NCBI RefSeq assembly: GCF_001194135.2
Contig: NC_068982.1
Coordinates: 130,891,218 to 130,955,217 of the forward strand
Direction of reading: 5' to 3'
Length of the DNA: 64,000 nt
From: Octopus bimaculoides
Taxonomy: Eukaryota
Shown piece after piece: positions 13,081 through 25,290 of the stretch. Made by a program: the position numbers and the translations under genes. The notes under the pieces are model-generated. The model saw only the letters and a program-made list of their open reading frames with translations. It made no database searches and was not told the origin of the DNA. Every line of letters begins with the position of its first letter. Position 1 is the stretch's first letter.

Positions 13081-13190
13081 ACCGGAGTAAGCACATGAAA
13101 TGTGCAACAAGGTAGAAAAAAAGAGTACTCAAATACCAGAGGTAGAGTAATATGCTTTATTTATTTAAAAGCAGCAGAAATATAACAAAA
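13081..13190. mobile_element. Penelope-like terminal-repeat fragment abutting (AT)n
   Basis: ACCGGAGTAAGCACATGAAATGTGCAACAAGG...GTAGAGTAATATGCTTTATT starts directly at an (AT)n tract. Family recognised from memory of octopus repeats. Confidence 0.4.
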
Positions 13191-13424
13191 AAACCTATGC
13201 ACTGGTAATGTCGTTACCAGTGCATAGGTTTTCCATGCGCAAGCTTATATGCGTGTGTGCGTATATGTGTGTAGATTTGTACTTATGTATATATCTGTGC
13301 CTTGTAAATATTGGCCTATATACGTAGATTGTCTGTGCGTATGCAGCTGTGTATTTCGATGTATATATTTATTTATATATATATATATGTTGTGGATGGC
13401 CTTGTATACATACACGCTATTGTA

Positions 13425-13472
13425 TTTTAATTTAATTTTTTATTTTATTTTATTTTATTTTATTTTATTTTG
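13425..13472. repeat. (ATTTT)n pentanucleotide repeat
   Basis: Directly visible. Confidence 0.9.
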
Positions 13473-13609
13473 AATGCAGCGTATGCTTTATTTTATTGAT
13501 ATGATTTTAAAGCGTTAATTCGAATATAAGTAATTATCTATAATATGTATTTGGAGCCCATTTTTCTATTTAAGGTTTTCTTCGATATTTTTTTAATAGG
13601 GTGAATCTG

Positions 13610-13942
13610 NNNNNNNNNNNNNNNNNNNNNNNNNNNNNNNNNNNNNNNNNNNNNNNNNNNNNNNNNNNNNNNNNNNNNNNNNNNNNNNNNNNNNNNNNNN
13701 NNNNNNNNNNNNNNNNNNNNNNNNNNNNNNNNNNNNNNNNNNNNNNNNNNNNNNNNNNNNNNNNNNNNNNNNNNNNNNNNNNNNNNNNNNNNNNNNNNNN
13801 NNNNNNNNNNNNNNNNNNNNNNNNNNNNNNNNNNNNNNNNNNNNNNNNNNNNNNNNNNNNNNNNNNNNNNNNNNNNNNNNNNNNNNNNNNNNNNNNNNNN
13901 NNNNNNNNNNNNNNNNNNNNNNNNNNNNNNNNNNNNNNNNNN
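13610..13942. other. Assembly gap
   Basis: Run of N. Confidence 1.
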
Positions 13943-14339
13943 ATATATATATATATAGGTTATTTGAAATATGTTTGTCACATATTTCAACTACTGAAGG
14001 CAAATACACTGTAGTTACCATGGAGAAAAATGTCTCTGATGCTAAAAAGTGTGAAATCACTCAGTTCGTTTAGTGTCGCCATCTCTCAGGAATATCAGAC
14101 ATCGATGTTCATAAATGTATAAAGAAACTCCATCAAAGGCATTCTTGCCACAGTCATCCGTCTTTTCGACAACTAGTTAGAATATGTAATCAAATGTATA
14201 TCATTTTTCTTTTGAAGACAGGAGAGTGAGATTGCAAGAAGATTCCGGTGCTATTTATAGCTAGGATCGCATCCCAACATCTGTCTCTTCATTGCAGGCC
14301 CAAAAGGTATTTTAGTCCTTAATAATTATTGATAACCCA

Positions 14340-14690
14340 CAGAACTCTGTGGGACATTGCTTACACATGGGGAACTGTGTTACACACTCAACTAATTGAC
14401 ACTGAATGACTGACAGACACTCTCCAGCGTGCTGTCTCCTCTCTTTGACTTTTCAACCACTGTTATAATAGCCCTGCTCCTTGGATCAGACGGTTCTCAT
14501 GCTCAAGTATCATCGTCCTACTCGAATCTCCTTACATCTTGGAGTCTGCATTAATCACTGTCCAGTCCTTCCTTCCTTCCTTCCTTTCCAGAAAGCCCTC
14601 TGAATTTCCTTCCCTATTCATATTCTTCCCTCAGGTGTTTACTTACGAAGGTTCAACAGTAACATTAATGCAGCCATCTCACCGATTTAA
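14340..14690 (+). mobile_element. Decayed CR1/L2/Jockey-group LINE 3' end
   Basis: Broken frames LTDTLQ..RAVSSL*LFNHCYN, ESALITVQSFLP and LPYSYSSLRCLLTKVQQ*H resemble the RAVSSLCLFYRYYNG...QSFLPRT..LWNSLP...FKSNIN tail. Confidence 0.5.
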
Positions 14691-14747
14691 ATTACCTACA
14701 AAGAGCGAGATAAGCGATTACATAGAGGCGCCGTCGTAGTCTCTTAT

Positions 14748-14765
14748 GTGTGTATGTATGTATGA

Positions 14766-14798
<33 letters not shown>

Positions 14799-14810
14799 TG
14801 TATGTATGTA
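14748..14810. repeat. (TATG)n microsatellite
   Basis: Directly visible. Confidence 0.95.
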
Positions 14811-15241
14811 TAAAGCCTGCTAAATCCTGCTCAGTTCTCAGTTATGTGAATCATTCGAATAGTAGCTCTTCTCGTGATGAACTAATGTATCATTCTCATA
14901 CCAGCTTTTTCTGGTCGATATTCATAATCTAGAGGAGAATGATCTCCACGATGCTGTCTTCTTTTCAGCATATTTCACATGTAATATTCAAGAGTTCATT
15001 GTTGCAGGATAGTTTTAATTAGATATCTTATCTACAAAGACAATGTTGGAAAGAGTTCCATACATGGCCAATCCCTCTACGCTATATTCTATGTATTGAA
15101 CTCTTTTAATAGCTCAAGATAAAGGATGTTTTATGACTGAAAGTAACTTGATGCTGCACAAGGTTTCGATTACGTTGAAGCTCAAATATTAAATATTTAA
15201 TTTAATTTAAAATGTTTTATATATTCACGTCAAAACTACCA

Positions 15242-15732
15242 TATAACAATCACGTCAAAACTACCATCTTTTTCTGTATACATTTCATATCAAACGGCAA
15301 CCATTCTTTGAAATTAATTAGAAATATCTTTATCAAAACGACCGGTTTTACAAAAGTACAAGAATTAAAAATGTCTATTTTTTGCATAGGTGTGTGTGTG
15401 TGTGTGCGTGCGTGTGTATGTTTGTGTATGAGTGTGTGCACTTGCATATACATGTATGTATATATATATGTATATACATATGTCTGCACGAAACGTATAA
15501 CAATCACGTCAAAGCTGCCACCTTTTTCTTTATACATTTCATATCAAACGGCAACCATTCTTTGAAATTAATTAGAAATATCTTTATTAAAACGACCGGT
15601 TTTACAAAAGTACAAATTAAAAATGTCTATTTTTTGCATAGGTATGTGTGTGCGTGTGTATGTGTGTGTATGAGTGTGTGCACGTGCATATATATGTATG
15701 TATATATATATGTATGTATATACATATGTCTG
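15242..15732. repeat. Tandem duplication, period about 254 bp
   Basis: TATAACAATCACGTCAAA...CAAACGGCAACCATTCTTTGAAATTAATTAGAAATATC...TATACATATGTCTG occurs at 15242-15486 and 15496-15732 with scattered substitutions. Confidence 0.95.
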
Positions 15733-16726
15733 TCATATATATGCTGCGTTTCTCTTCTAGATGATTGCGATATTAGTTGTGGTTTTGGGACGCTGTGTTT
15801 TAACTGTTAATACTCTTTCAGTGGCAAATACAGAAGTCCCATGACGAAAAAAAGTCTGTCATTGTTCTTGAAATATTCAAAGCACAGTCAGAACACAGTA
15901 CTTCATTTGATCCCTCAAAATAAATTCTTCACAAAAAATGGTACTGTTGTCTGTAGCGTGTCCTTTCAGATAGCCATTCGCTATCAGGCGAAGAGTATGA
16001 TGATAATGACGATGATGATGATAATAATAATTATGATGATGATGACGACGAAGAGGACAACGACACCCACAAAGACGATACTTAATACTGGAAACAATCT
16101 CTAGTAGAAATCTCCCGCTGTTAAAATCTTAAAATCGTATTTTGTGAAATGTTTCTCTTGTGTATGAAAGGAGAGAGAGAGAGCGGGAAGAGAGCGATTT
16201 TTTTTAACAATCAACAAACCTTTATAAAGTTTAATTTTACTTTTAGTGCTATCACAAGACTCTGTGTTTAAAGGCCACAGATATAACGTCATGCCATTAC
16301 TAATTATGTTCTAAATAGATTCCATTTCATTCCTAAAATAGCTATCACGAAATACAATCCAACTACGCACACGTACACGTACGTGGATACATATGATCTA
16401 TGCTAGCTGTATATGTGGAAATTCCATGGTTACTTTGAAAACTGTAAGCTGGTTGGAAGTTTATAGAAAACTATGAAATGTATAGTTTCTTTTGAATCTG
16501 TCTTTTAAGTTTAATTCTTTAGGTGCATACAAACACCCACGTAGGTAGTAGTGACGGTACAGTTTTAAGAGACATCTCTGGAAGCAATATTCTTTGTTAT
16601 ATATTCGTCATTTCTATCTTGGCAATATTAGCTATTATCTTCATTTTACTTCAAGAAGTAAACAATGTTAACCGTGAGTCGAAATCGAAGATGTAATTCG
16701 TCTCTAATATTTTGCTACTGTATAAG

Positions 16727-17030
16727 GCGACGAGCTGGTCGAGTCTTTAAGTTCTAAGTTCAAACTCCGCCGAAGTCAATTTTGCCTTTCAATCTTCCGA
16801 GGTCGATGAAATAAGTACTAGTTGAACAATTGGGTCGATGTAATCGACTTAATCCCTCTCCCAAAATTGTTGATCTTGTACTAAAATTTGAAACCAAAGG
16901 CGGTGAGCTGGCACAATCGTTAGCATGCTGGGCAAAATACTCAGCGATATATCGTCCGTCTTTACAGTCTGAGTTCAAATTCCGCCGAGGTCAACATTGC
17001 CTTCCATCCTTTCGGCGTCGTAAAAATGAG
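16727..17030 (+). mobile_element. Head-to-tail SINE family A pair (first copy internally deleted, second 3'-truncated)
   Basis: AAGGCGACGAGCTGG...AAGTTCAAACTCCGCCGAAGTC and AAGGCGGTGAGCTGGCAC...GAGTTCAAATTCCGCCGAGGTC. Confidence 0.85.
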
Positions 17031-17269
17031 GAGCCATTCTCGAAAATTACCAGCCTTCAGTATTCTGCTACTATACGACCACGTTGGTTATGTTTCAATA
17101 AATCTGAACGCATTGTATTTGATTCTCAATTTGATATCAATACAAATTTCATAAGGTTAGATTTGAAACCACAATCTCAGTGAAGGAAGAATAGCAGATG
17201 CCGCAATGATTTGTGGATTCTAAAAGAAACCATAACCAATATCGGAGCAATATGACTGTATAGTTCAAA

Positions 17270-18029
17270 GACCGTTTCATAACCATCGAATGTCTGTGAA
17301 TATATTTCTTATTAGCCTGGACCGGCTTTATTTACTGTTCCTTCTCCATGACCGCATATTCTGCAATTACTTGTATTTTTTTTATCATGTGTTTTTGGTG
17401 ATTTCTGGTGAGGAGGCTTTGATCTTGTGCTACAATTAAAAATCCTTTAGTCTCTGCTTTGAGTTTCCAGCTGTTTGTCATTTGCAGTATTCAGTTTTAG
17501 ATCATCCAAACATAAAAGACGATTGATCGTTTTGCCGTAACAGTTGTATCCACATCCAGTTCTGTTTAACATGTCAGATAAGGATGTCAGTGCCAAGAAG
17601 AAAAGGAATGGGGAGAGTGTGTCTCTCTGGAATATTCCTCTTCTAATAGGGATGGCTTTAGTTTATCTGTTTGCCATTTATTCATGGAGTGTTTTATATA
17701 TTTTATGATTATTGGTGCTACCTTGTTCCTGAACAGTATTTCTAGGATTTGTGTGTGGGAGATACAATGAAAAGCCTTTCGATAATCGATGCAAGCCATT
17801 CTTAAACCCTTCTTTTTCCTTTGGCTGTCTTCAGTTATGGCTTTATTGATCAATAGTTGATCTTTACAACGTATGAGCCCTTGCATCATCCCTTCTGCTC
17901 TTCTGAAAACACGTTGTTTTCTTCCATATCTTTGCCCATTCTCTATGATTTTATTACAGTAAAAGCTTTGTAAATTGTAGGGAGACAAGTTATCGATCTG
18001 TAGTTTTGTGGGTTTTGCCGTTTCAGTGG
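17270..18029 (-). mobile_element. R4/Dong-like non-LTR retrotransposon, RT fragment with internal deletion
   Basis: TNYRSITCLPTIYKA, CKDQLLINKAITED, MACIDYRKAF, RGIFQRDTLSPFLF, CLDDLKL, then KGFLIVAQDQSL and CRICG. Confidence 0.85.
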
Positions 18030-18800
18030 ATTATTATTATAGACATCGCACAGTATACAATATCGTGAAGTTGTTGATTGAAGATATTGTGTCTACTGGG
18101 GGGGTTTTACTTTTTGTCAAGTCATAACAATGACCTCAGTCAGGCAGTACTTTACGCAATATGCATGAAGTTCCAAGTAATGCCGACTTTTGCAATACAT
18201 CTAGATTGTAGGGCATTTCTAAGGTTTTCAGACGTTTTTTTTTTTTCAGATTGGGTGGTATTGAACCCAATGCTCCGATGACAATAAGGATAACCTTTAT
18301 GTTCGATTCGCGTAGCTGCCACAAATAAGCGTTCTTAATTCTCAGGTCTCCATATTTATCAACGTTTTCTGTCATGATGATGTGTTGATCTCTTGGCACT
18401 GCTCTGTCGATTATTAGGTTCTCCTATTTATCCCACCTAAAGGTTATTATACCCGTCCTTCGGTGCTGTAACACTTTGTCTGGAAACTAAAGTCCCAGAG
18501 GACTTTTGCCTTCCCCTTTTTGTCCATTACATTTTCTGGTGTATGTTGGTACTAAGCACCCGTAACCTCATATCCATACTTACGGCATAGTATCCAGTGG
18601 AGGTTTTGGGCTACTTTGTCGTGTCTACGCTTGTACTCTTTCTGCGATAGACTTTCACATGCATTAATAATGTGTGTCACACTTTCGACCCTCTTTCCAC
18701 ACATTCTGAAGAGGTCCGATGCGCTTGTATGGTATATATTCTTTTGGTATTCATTGCCTGGTCCTGGGCAGCGATGATTAGGCTTTCAGTATTCTTTTTT
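18030..18800 (-). mobile_element. R4/Dong-like LINE C-terminus (CCHC + restriction-like endonuclease), 3'UTR and (TAA)n tail
   Basis: ESLIIAAQDQAMNT, CRMCGK..ESVTHIINAC, RRHDKVAQNLHW, LWDFSFQTDK, VIGALGSIP, LQKSALLGTSCILRKVL; tail at 18030-18040. Confidence 0.88.
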
Positions 18801-18805
18801 TTAGA

Positions 18806-19050
18806 TATTATTGCTGTTGTTATTATTATTATTATAATACGTTTGGCTTTTGCTTTGCATTTGTACAAGTTGACTCCAAGTTTCACCCAGAGACCTCAAG
18901 CGATGACAAGTTAGAAGTTCAAGTTAATGTTATCACTAGGGTGCCATATATTTAGTTTTGCGCAGAGTATTGTCAGAGAATGTTTGTCGAACAACATTCG
19001 AGTTACTTCTATTTCCAAATCTTTTTATTTTGGAAGTTTCTCCGTTTCCT
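18806..19050 (-). mobile_element. R4/Dong-like LINE 3' end (second family) with (TAA)n tail
   Basis: KETEKLPK*KDLEIEVTRM, then a UTR containing GAGGTCTCTGGGTGAAACTTGG, then ATAATAATAATAAC. Confidence 0.65.
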
Positions 19051-19052
19051 TT

Positions 19053-19440
19053 TATTATTATCATCATCATTATTATTATTATTATACGAAAACTCACAGC
19101 TTATTTTGCTGGGTATGATGAAAACTGTCAGTTGTCCACAACCAGCAGATTAAAGTAACACTTGTTTACTGGTTATGCTTCAAGAACTCCTGCGAAGAAT
19201 TCTTGCATTTCCAAGCAATGTTGATTTTTGTTAGTGTTCTACCTTCACACTTGCTCCAATCTTTTTCAGCCATGTTGGTAGTTGAGTGCTGATACTTCCA
19301 AGTGTACCAATTACTATTGGTATCACGTCTACTCTCTTCATTGGCCACAACCTTTGTATTTCCCACTTCAAATCGTCATAGCCGTTTATTTTTCTTTTCT
19401 TTCCCACTTCAAATCGTCATAGTTATTTATTTGTTTTCTT
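19053..19440 (-). mobile_element. R4/Dong-like LINE 3' end (third family) with (TAA/TGA)n tail
   Basis: YDDLKWEIQRLWPMKRVDVIPIVIGTLGSISTQLPTWLKKIG...QKSTLLGNARILRR; a 41-bp tandem duplication lies at its truncated 5' end (19359-19381, 19400-19422). Confidence 0.75.
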
Positions 19441-20259
19441 CTTATTGATTTTTCTATTAAGTATTTTCAAAGATAATCTTTGAATGTCAGAATGACTCGA
19501 ACCTTTGAAAAGAAGTTTTCAATTTGTGCGTAAACTTTTCCGTTGTTCAAATATGTATGAATGTAGTTAGAAAAATTCAAGAGAAAGAGGACATCTATGG
19601 ACCTTCTTAAGATTTAAAGGATGACGGTTAAATCAAGATAATAACCTTCACAATCTTACTATTAAGTCGGTGGCCGATCAAAATTTACTCTAAATTAATA
19701 AGAGAACGAGAAAACATACATATTGCTATCGGGATCAACAAAACAACTTAACGATATCATAGGTCCCCTCTAAAACAAAATCGTAATCAACTTGACTTTC
19801 ACTCAGCAGAGACAGATGTTTATTGTAGCTAAGTTACTGGATTACTTTAATAAGACTGTTAGTATTTACTTTAAAGTAATCATTCAAACAACGTATAAAT
19901 TTAATACATTAATTAAAGTGGCTGTTTCGGATACTGAAAAAAGTATTAATTTCATTAAGTAATTAAGCAAATTAATTGTATCATTCTTGTTGTCGTTAAT
20001 ATTATTGTTGTTGTTGTTATTATTATTACACTTGGGTTGATTCAAATGGTTACACAGAAATTTGACCTTGCTCTAAAATAAATCAGAAATAAGAAAGCCA
20101 GCTTGGCTTCTGGTCTTCTTCGTGTGTCTTCTTTATTACAAGTGTAGTAGCAGTATGATGTGCAACAACAACAAGTGCACCAGTAGTAGTAAGTTCATTC
20201 ATTAGAAGCGAAGATCCTAGCGTCTTTGAATTGCTTCAATCGCAAGAGAAAATATGGCA

Positions 20260-21480
20260 CACTACGCGGGTTATTCAATATTGATGACGTAATGGCATTT
20301 GATAAGTCAGGCAAACATCTGGAATTACAATTTCAGACAGTTTAATTGTTCAGCAATGATCTAATGAATAAATATGAAATAGAAAATGTACTAGAAACAA
20401 CCATACAAGAGATTTGGGTTCAACTGAGAAGCTTTGGAATACAGGAGAGGAGTAATAGTCTTCTATTAGAAAAAGCGATGAAATTGTGGGAAGCTGAACT
20501 GCGGGGCGAAAGTGAATTACTGAGAACTGTAAGAACCTGGAGGGGAATATTTCAGGGACATTCATTGACTCTTTTGCTTTTCGTGTTTGTGTGGACTTCT
20601 TTGACGAGAGTACTGAGAAAATCTAGACTGGCTTATGAGAAAAAAATCATTAGCTGTTTACGACTGCTACCATATATTATCTATATGACCATCAGCTGTG
20701 CCTGGAAGACCTCCACATGTGTACCAAAACTGAAAAGGTGCATGATTCTCTCGTTGAACAGTGAAGATATCTATCAGGGATATTGGTTTCCCTTTTAAAA
20801 GAAATAAGTTGTGCAGAATTGGTTATGGGGAGAGATTGAGATTTTAAATTTGGTGGGATATAGATAGTACAAGATAATATTCCAATAATATGAGGAAAAG
20901 TAAGGGATACGTCTACCTTGGTACCTTAGAGGGAATTAATATGATAAAATAATGAACAATAAGATGAGTACAAAGTTACTATAATCGAAGGTTGAAACAA
21001 AACTAAATAGAAGTAATATCAAGGCAATCATCACTTATATCCATGTTGCGATGTTATTCTCTTTGTATAAAGTTGGCAAAGACAAGACTTCGTGAACTGG
21101 ATAGAAGAATAACTCACAATGTAAAACTCACATCATCCCTAAAGGTGATATCGATAGGCTCTAGTTTCGAAGAAGAGAAAGCAGCAGAAGTTCTATGACA
21201 TTGGATTTGGAAAATTACGTTTGGTATAATGAAGAGATATTATTAGCTGCGGCTAGGTATATCAAGGAAGTTGCTGAAGCAGTGAAAGATTTCAAGGAAA
21301 GAAAGACAAATTTCAGGATAAATAACTAGAAAGAGAAGGGATTACATAGCCAATTCAAGTGACCAATCAAGGATATTGAAAGTGAAGAACACTGGTTGTA
21401 ACTGAGAAAAGAAACTTGCAAAGAGAAAAAGAATCGCTGACTATAACCGCGCAAGAACATCCTATTAAAACGAAGTTAAT
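20260..21480 (+). mobile_element. Decayed R4/Dong-like LINE, RT to thumb region
   Basis: IDDVMAFD, RGIFQGHSLTLLLF, HPKGDIDRL*FRRRE and EKGLHSQF across frameshifts. Confidence 0.75.
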
Positions 21481-22374
21481 AATGACAGAATAAAATTTAC
21501 ATACAGCATGCGCAGAAATACATTCTGTAAGCTAAATTCATTGAAATAATTCTGGGATTATATTGAAGATGTAAATGATAATCAATGAGCGATGTTACAA
21601 GGGCACGAATAATTTTAGTTAATATTTTACTGTTCGACACTCTAGCACGTGGTTCGATAAAATCTCAATCAAAACATTTCTATAATTCTGATGTTAAAAA
21701 TTATGTTGCCAACGCATACACGCACGCGCGCGCGCAAACATAAATACATTATATTGTGTTACTGTAATAGCATTCAGAGAAGTTCGGTTCCCCTTCTGGA
21801 TTCTATATTGTTACGGCTGTTGATTTCACATGTTATTGAGACGAATGAATCAATCATAAAGACACAAGGATGGGATCATGTAGAGAGAAAGAGTTAGATA
21901 TATAGAAAGAAAGACAGTGGTAAAGAAAGAGAAAGAAAAGATTCCTTATAACAACAACTAAACTAAAATAGTCTTAATATATCTGTGAGATATGGTACAG
22001 CTGCAGAATCTGAGATATTTATATATTTGATATTTTGCCGATGGACAAAATATTAGTTTCGTTCGACTGACTTCGCTTAAGTATGCGAACTGGGCGGGAT
22101 TTTCTCAAAGCAATCATCGCAAGTATTGGGGTGTGGTAAGCACTGAAATTTAAGATGCACAACGATAAATAAATAAAAAAATGAGAAACTGTGAAACGAT
22201 GTCAACATTGTTTTTTGTGTGAGCATTTATTAAGGATGAATTACACTGTGGCAGAAATATTTAAATACACCCTACATTTAACAGTTGTTTCTGTCTCTCT
22301 TTTATTTCCTCTCACTTTCTCTCTCACTCTCTCTGAATTTATCTATCTATCTATCTATCTATTTATCTAGCGGC

Positions 22375-22710
22375 TCCGCTTTTCATCCTTTCGGGGTCGA
22401 TAAATTAAGTACCATTGCGTACTGGGACGATCTAATCTACTGAACACATCCCCCAAAATTTCAGGCCTTGTGCCTAGAGTAGAAAAGAATATTCTTATTT
22501 ACCAAGACGGCGATCTGGCAGAATCGTTAGCACGCCGAGCGAAATGCTTAGCGATATTTCGTCTGTCTACGTTTTGAGTTCAAATTCCGCCGTGGTCGAC
22601 TTTGTCTTTCATCCTTTCGAAAAATTAAGTACCAGTCGTGTACTGGGTCGATCTAATCGACTGGCTCCCTCCCCAAAAATTTTGGGCCTTGTGTCTAGAG
22701 TAGAAAAGAA
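22375..22710 (+). mobile_element. SINE family A pair: 5'-truncated copy (22375-22489) plus full copy (22504-22710) with a 14-bp TSD
   Basis: TATTCTTATTTACC at 22490-22503 and 22711-22724 brackets the second copy. Confidence 0.9.
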
Positions 22711-22764
22711 TATTCTTATTTACCTATCCATGCTCATCGTTATTTATTTATCTTTTTTTTTGAG

Positions 22765-23260
22765 ATCCGCAGTATTGTGCTTCGGGAATTCGTGTCCTAG
22801 GGCCAGACCGACCATTGAAAATCCTACTGCAATGTTTTGGAGCGTTTGAAGGACATTCGACGAAAGTGACTGGATCTGTCGAGCGTAAAGAATTGGATTC
22901 TTCACGACTACAATGCACTCTGTCACCGAGCTCTCCTCACTCGAGAATTTCTCGCTAAAAACAACATGGTATCACTTCCGCACGCGGTCTATTCACAATA
23001 GTTAGCATCTGCGGACTTTCATCTCTTCCTCAATATGAAAAGGCAGCTCAAAGGTCACCGTTTTAACACCACTGACGAGATCCAGAGCGAATCTCAGAAG
23101 GTCCTCGACTCGTTTACGGAAAACGACTTCCAGGCCGGATTCCAAAAGTTACAGGAACGCTGAGGCTGATGTATTATTGTGCAAGTTGGCAATTCCGAAG
23201 GATAAGATGCTAAAACTTTCCTCAAACATTACTAATCCAGGAACATTTTGATACCATCTG
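22765..23260 (+). mobile_element. Mariner transposase 3' half and right end, decayed
   Basis: FFEIRSIVLREFV, NWILHDYNA, LTREFLAKNNMVSLPH, LASADFHLF, MKRQLKGHRFNTTDEIQSESQKVL, FQAGFQK; ends CCAGGAACATTTTGATACC. Confidence 0.88.
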
Positions 23261-23329
23261 ATACATTACTGCTCTTTTAGAGTGTGCTTCTTTTTTAGAT
23301 ATATGATCCAGTGAAGGTATATATATATA

Positions 23330-23362
<33 letters not shown>

Positions 23363-23416
23363 CAAAATGGCTGATAGTTAGCAAGGTGAGACACACATAA
23401 GAAAGAAGGAAACAAA

Positions 23417-23461
23417 GGACCACTGATGAGGTCACAGAAGTGTGACGAAAGAACTCTGGCC
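23417..23461 (+). ncRNA. Putative minimal type I hammerhead ribozyme motif
   Basis: Stem I CCA / CUGAUGA / G + GUCACA-GAAG-UGUGAC / GAAA / GAAC / UC / UGG; lies just right of an (AT)n tract. Confidence 0.55.
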
Positions 23462-23586
23462 GAAATAAGATTAAGATTAAGATTAATGTAATATAAAGCT
23501 GAAAAAAAAAAAAAATTAACACCAAATATACAGTGCGTGTGTTTTTATTGGCTAAACTGGCAATATGACCATCCCCAAGTACAACA

Positions 23587-23618
<32 letters not shown>

Positions 23619-23907
23619 GATGAAAGGAATGAAAGAGCTGACAAATTAAACATTCATTACTTGAACTTTCATGCTGCCAGTATCCATTATATGGTTTAAA
23701 ATCATGAAAGGTCGACTGTACTGACATGAAGAAAGAACTGACTGTGTTTAATTAATTTCGTTACCCACACTTACACAAAATGTGGTATAATGGAATAACT
23801 ATTAGTTAAAAAATACGTGATTTATCCCTTTTAAATTAACTTATTAGTACGCAAAACCCATTCATTTTATTAAAGGTTGATATGTAGCTAATCTTAAATA
23901 ATGCATA

Positions 23908-24278
23908 CTCTTTTACTTGTTTGTCATTTGACTGCGGCCATGCTGGAGCACCGCCTTTAGTCGAACAAATCGATCCCAGGACTTATTCTTTGTAAGCCTA
24001 GTACTTATTCTATCGGTCTTTTTTGCCGAACCGCTAAGTTACGGGGACGTAAACATACCAGCATCGGTTGTCAAACGATGGTGGGTGGGGACAGACACAC
24101 AAGCACACATGTATGTATATATATATATATACATATATACGACGGGCTTCTTTCAGTTTCCGTCTACCAAATCCACTCACAAGGCTTTGGTCAGGCCCGA
24201 GGCTATAGTAGAAGACACTTGCCCAAGGTGCCACGCAGTGGGACTGAACCCAGAACCATGTGGTTGGTAAACAAGCTA
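23908..24278 (-). mobile_element. SINE family B, lacking the first ~25 nt
   Basis: TGACTGCGGCCATGCTGGAGCACCGCC...GCCGAACCGCTAAGTTACGGGG...ACTTGCCCAAGGTGCCACGCAGTGGGACTGAACCC. Confidence 0.9.
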
Positions 24279-24734
24279 AGGTCTAAATTATATAAGGTTT
24301 TGTTTTAAAGCAGGCTATATACCTTCGCTTGGTGTGTGATGTTAGATAACTCCTAAAAAGTATTTTTGAAAGGAAGTAAAATCTTAAATGGAAGATAAAA
24401 GAATATATATACTTTGTAAAATATTTCTGAATGTTACATACATTCAGCTAGTAGCTGTATACTTTTCCAGTAAACTAGAATAACGCTTCAGTTATCAAAA
24501 CTACTTGATCTGGTTTTAAAATAGTTAAAGAAATAATTAAGTTTTCTGATATATTATATTCTTCCCCTACCCAGTTGTATAATGCATAAGTTGGGTCCGT
24601 CTGTGTATAGCTTGTCTCTGGATACTTTGCTACGTATATAACTTATGTATATGGATTACATCCGTGTAAATACGCAATAATCAAATGCATATAAACATAC
24701 ACACATTGATTTTTAAAAGGTATGTATGTCGGTG

Positions 24735-24870
24735 TGCGTGTAGCCGGATGGTTCAGACATTCACTATGAAACTACGAGGTTCGGGCCTCAGTGCCACTGC
24801 GTTCCGTCTTGGGCAAATATTATTTCTAGAGTGTCGGGTCAATCTATAAAGTGTGAATGAAATTGGATAT
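24735..24870 (+). mobile_element. Decayed SINE family B 5' half
   Basis: tRNA-like head with GAGGTTCGGG, then GTCTTGGGCAAAT. Confidence 0.5.
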
Positions 24871-25111
24871 ATTTTAAGAGTAATTCAAAATAACAACCTC
24901 GTCGCACGCACGCACGCACGCACGCAGAGAATCGTGCTGATAATGCCTAAGAATTACGTTGGAGGTACTAGCATGTGTAGAATGCTCAACCACTTACATG
25001 TTAAAAGCAAACGCAATTCAGTTTATCGAACAACTAAATTCACATCGTCGTACCGATGGAATACTACCCATCTATTCGTCCATCCTTCTGTTCATCAATC
25101 ATTTCTATCAT

Positions 25112-25290
25112 ATCTATCTATCTATTTATCAATCATATCTATCTAGTCTCTGTCTGACCGATCTGTCTGTCTGCCCTGTCTCTGTCTGTCCTGTCCTGTC
25201 TTGTCTTGTCCTGTCCTGTCCCTGCTATCTCTCTTTCTCTCTCTCTCGCTCTACACACACACACACACACATATATATGCGTGCGCGCGT
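25112..25290. repeat. Compound (TCTA)n/(CTGTC)n/(CT)n/(CA)n microsatellite
   Basis: Directly visible. Confidence 0.9.

Noticed and set aside
13538-14060. Long ORFs spanning N runs (also 31870-32715 and 54540-55041)
   Set aside because: They are open only because N codons are not stops.
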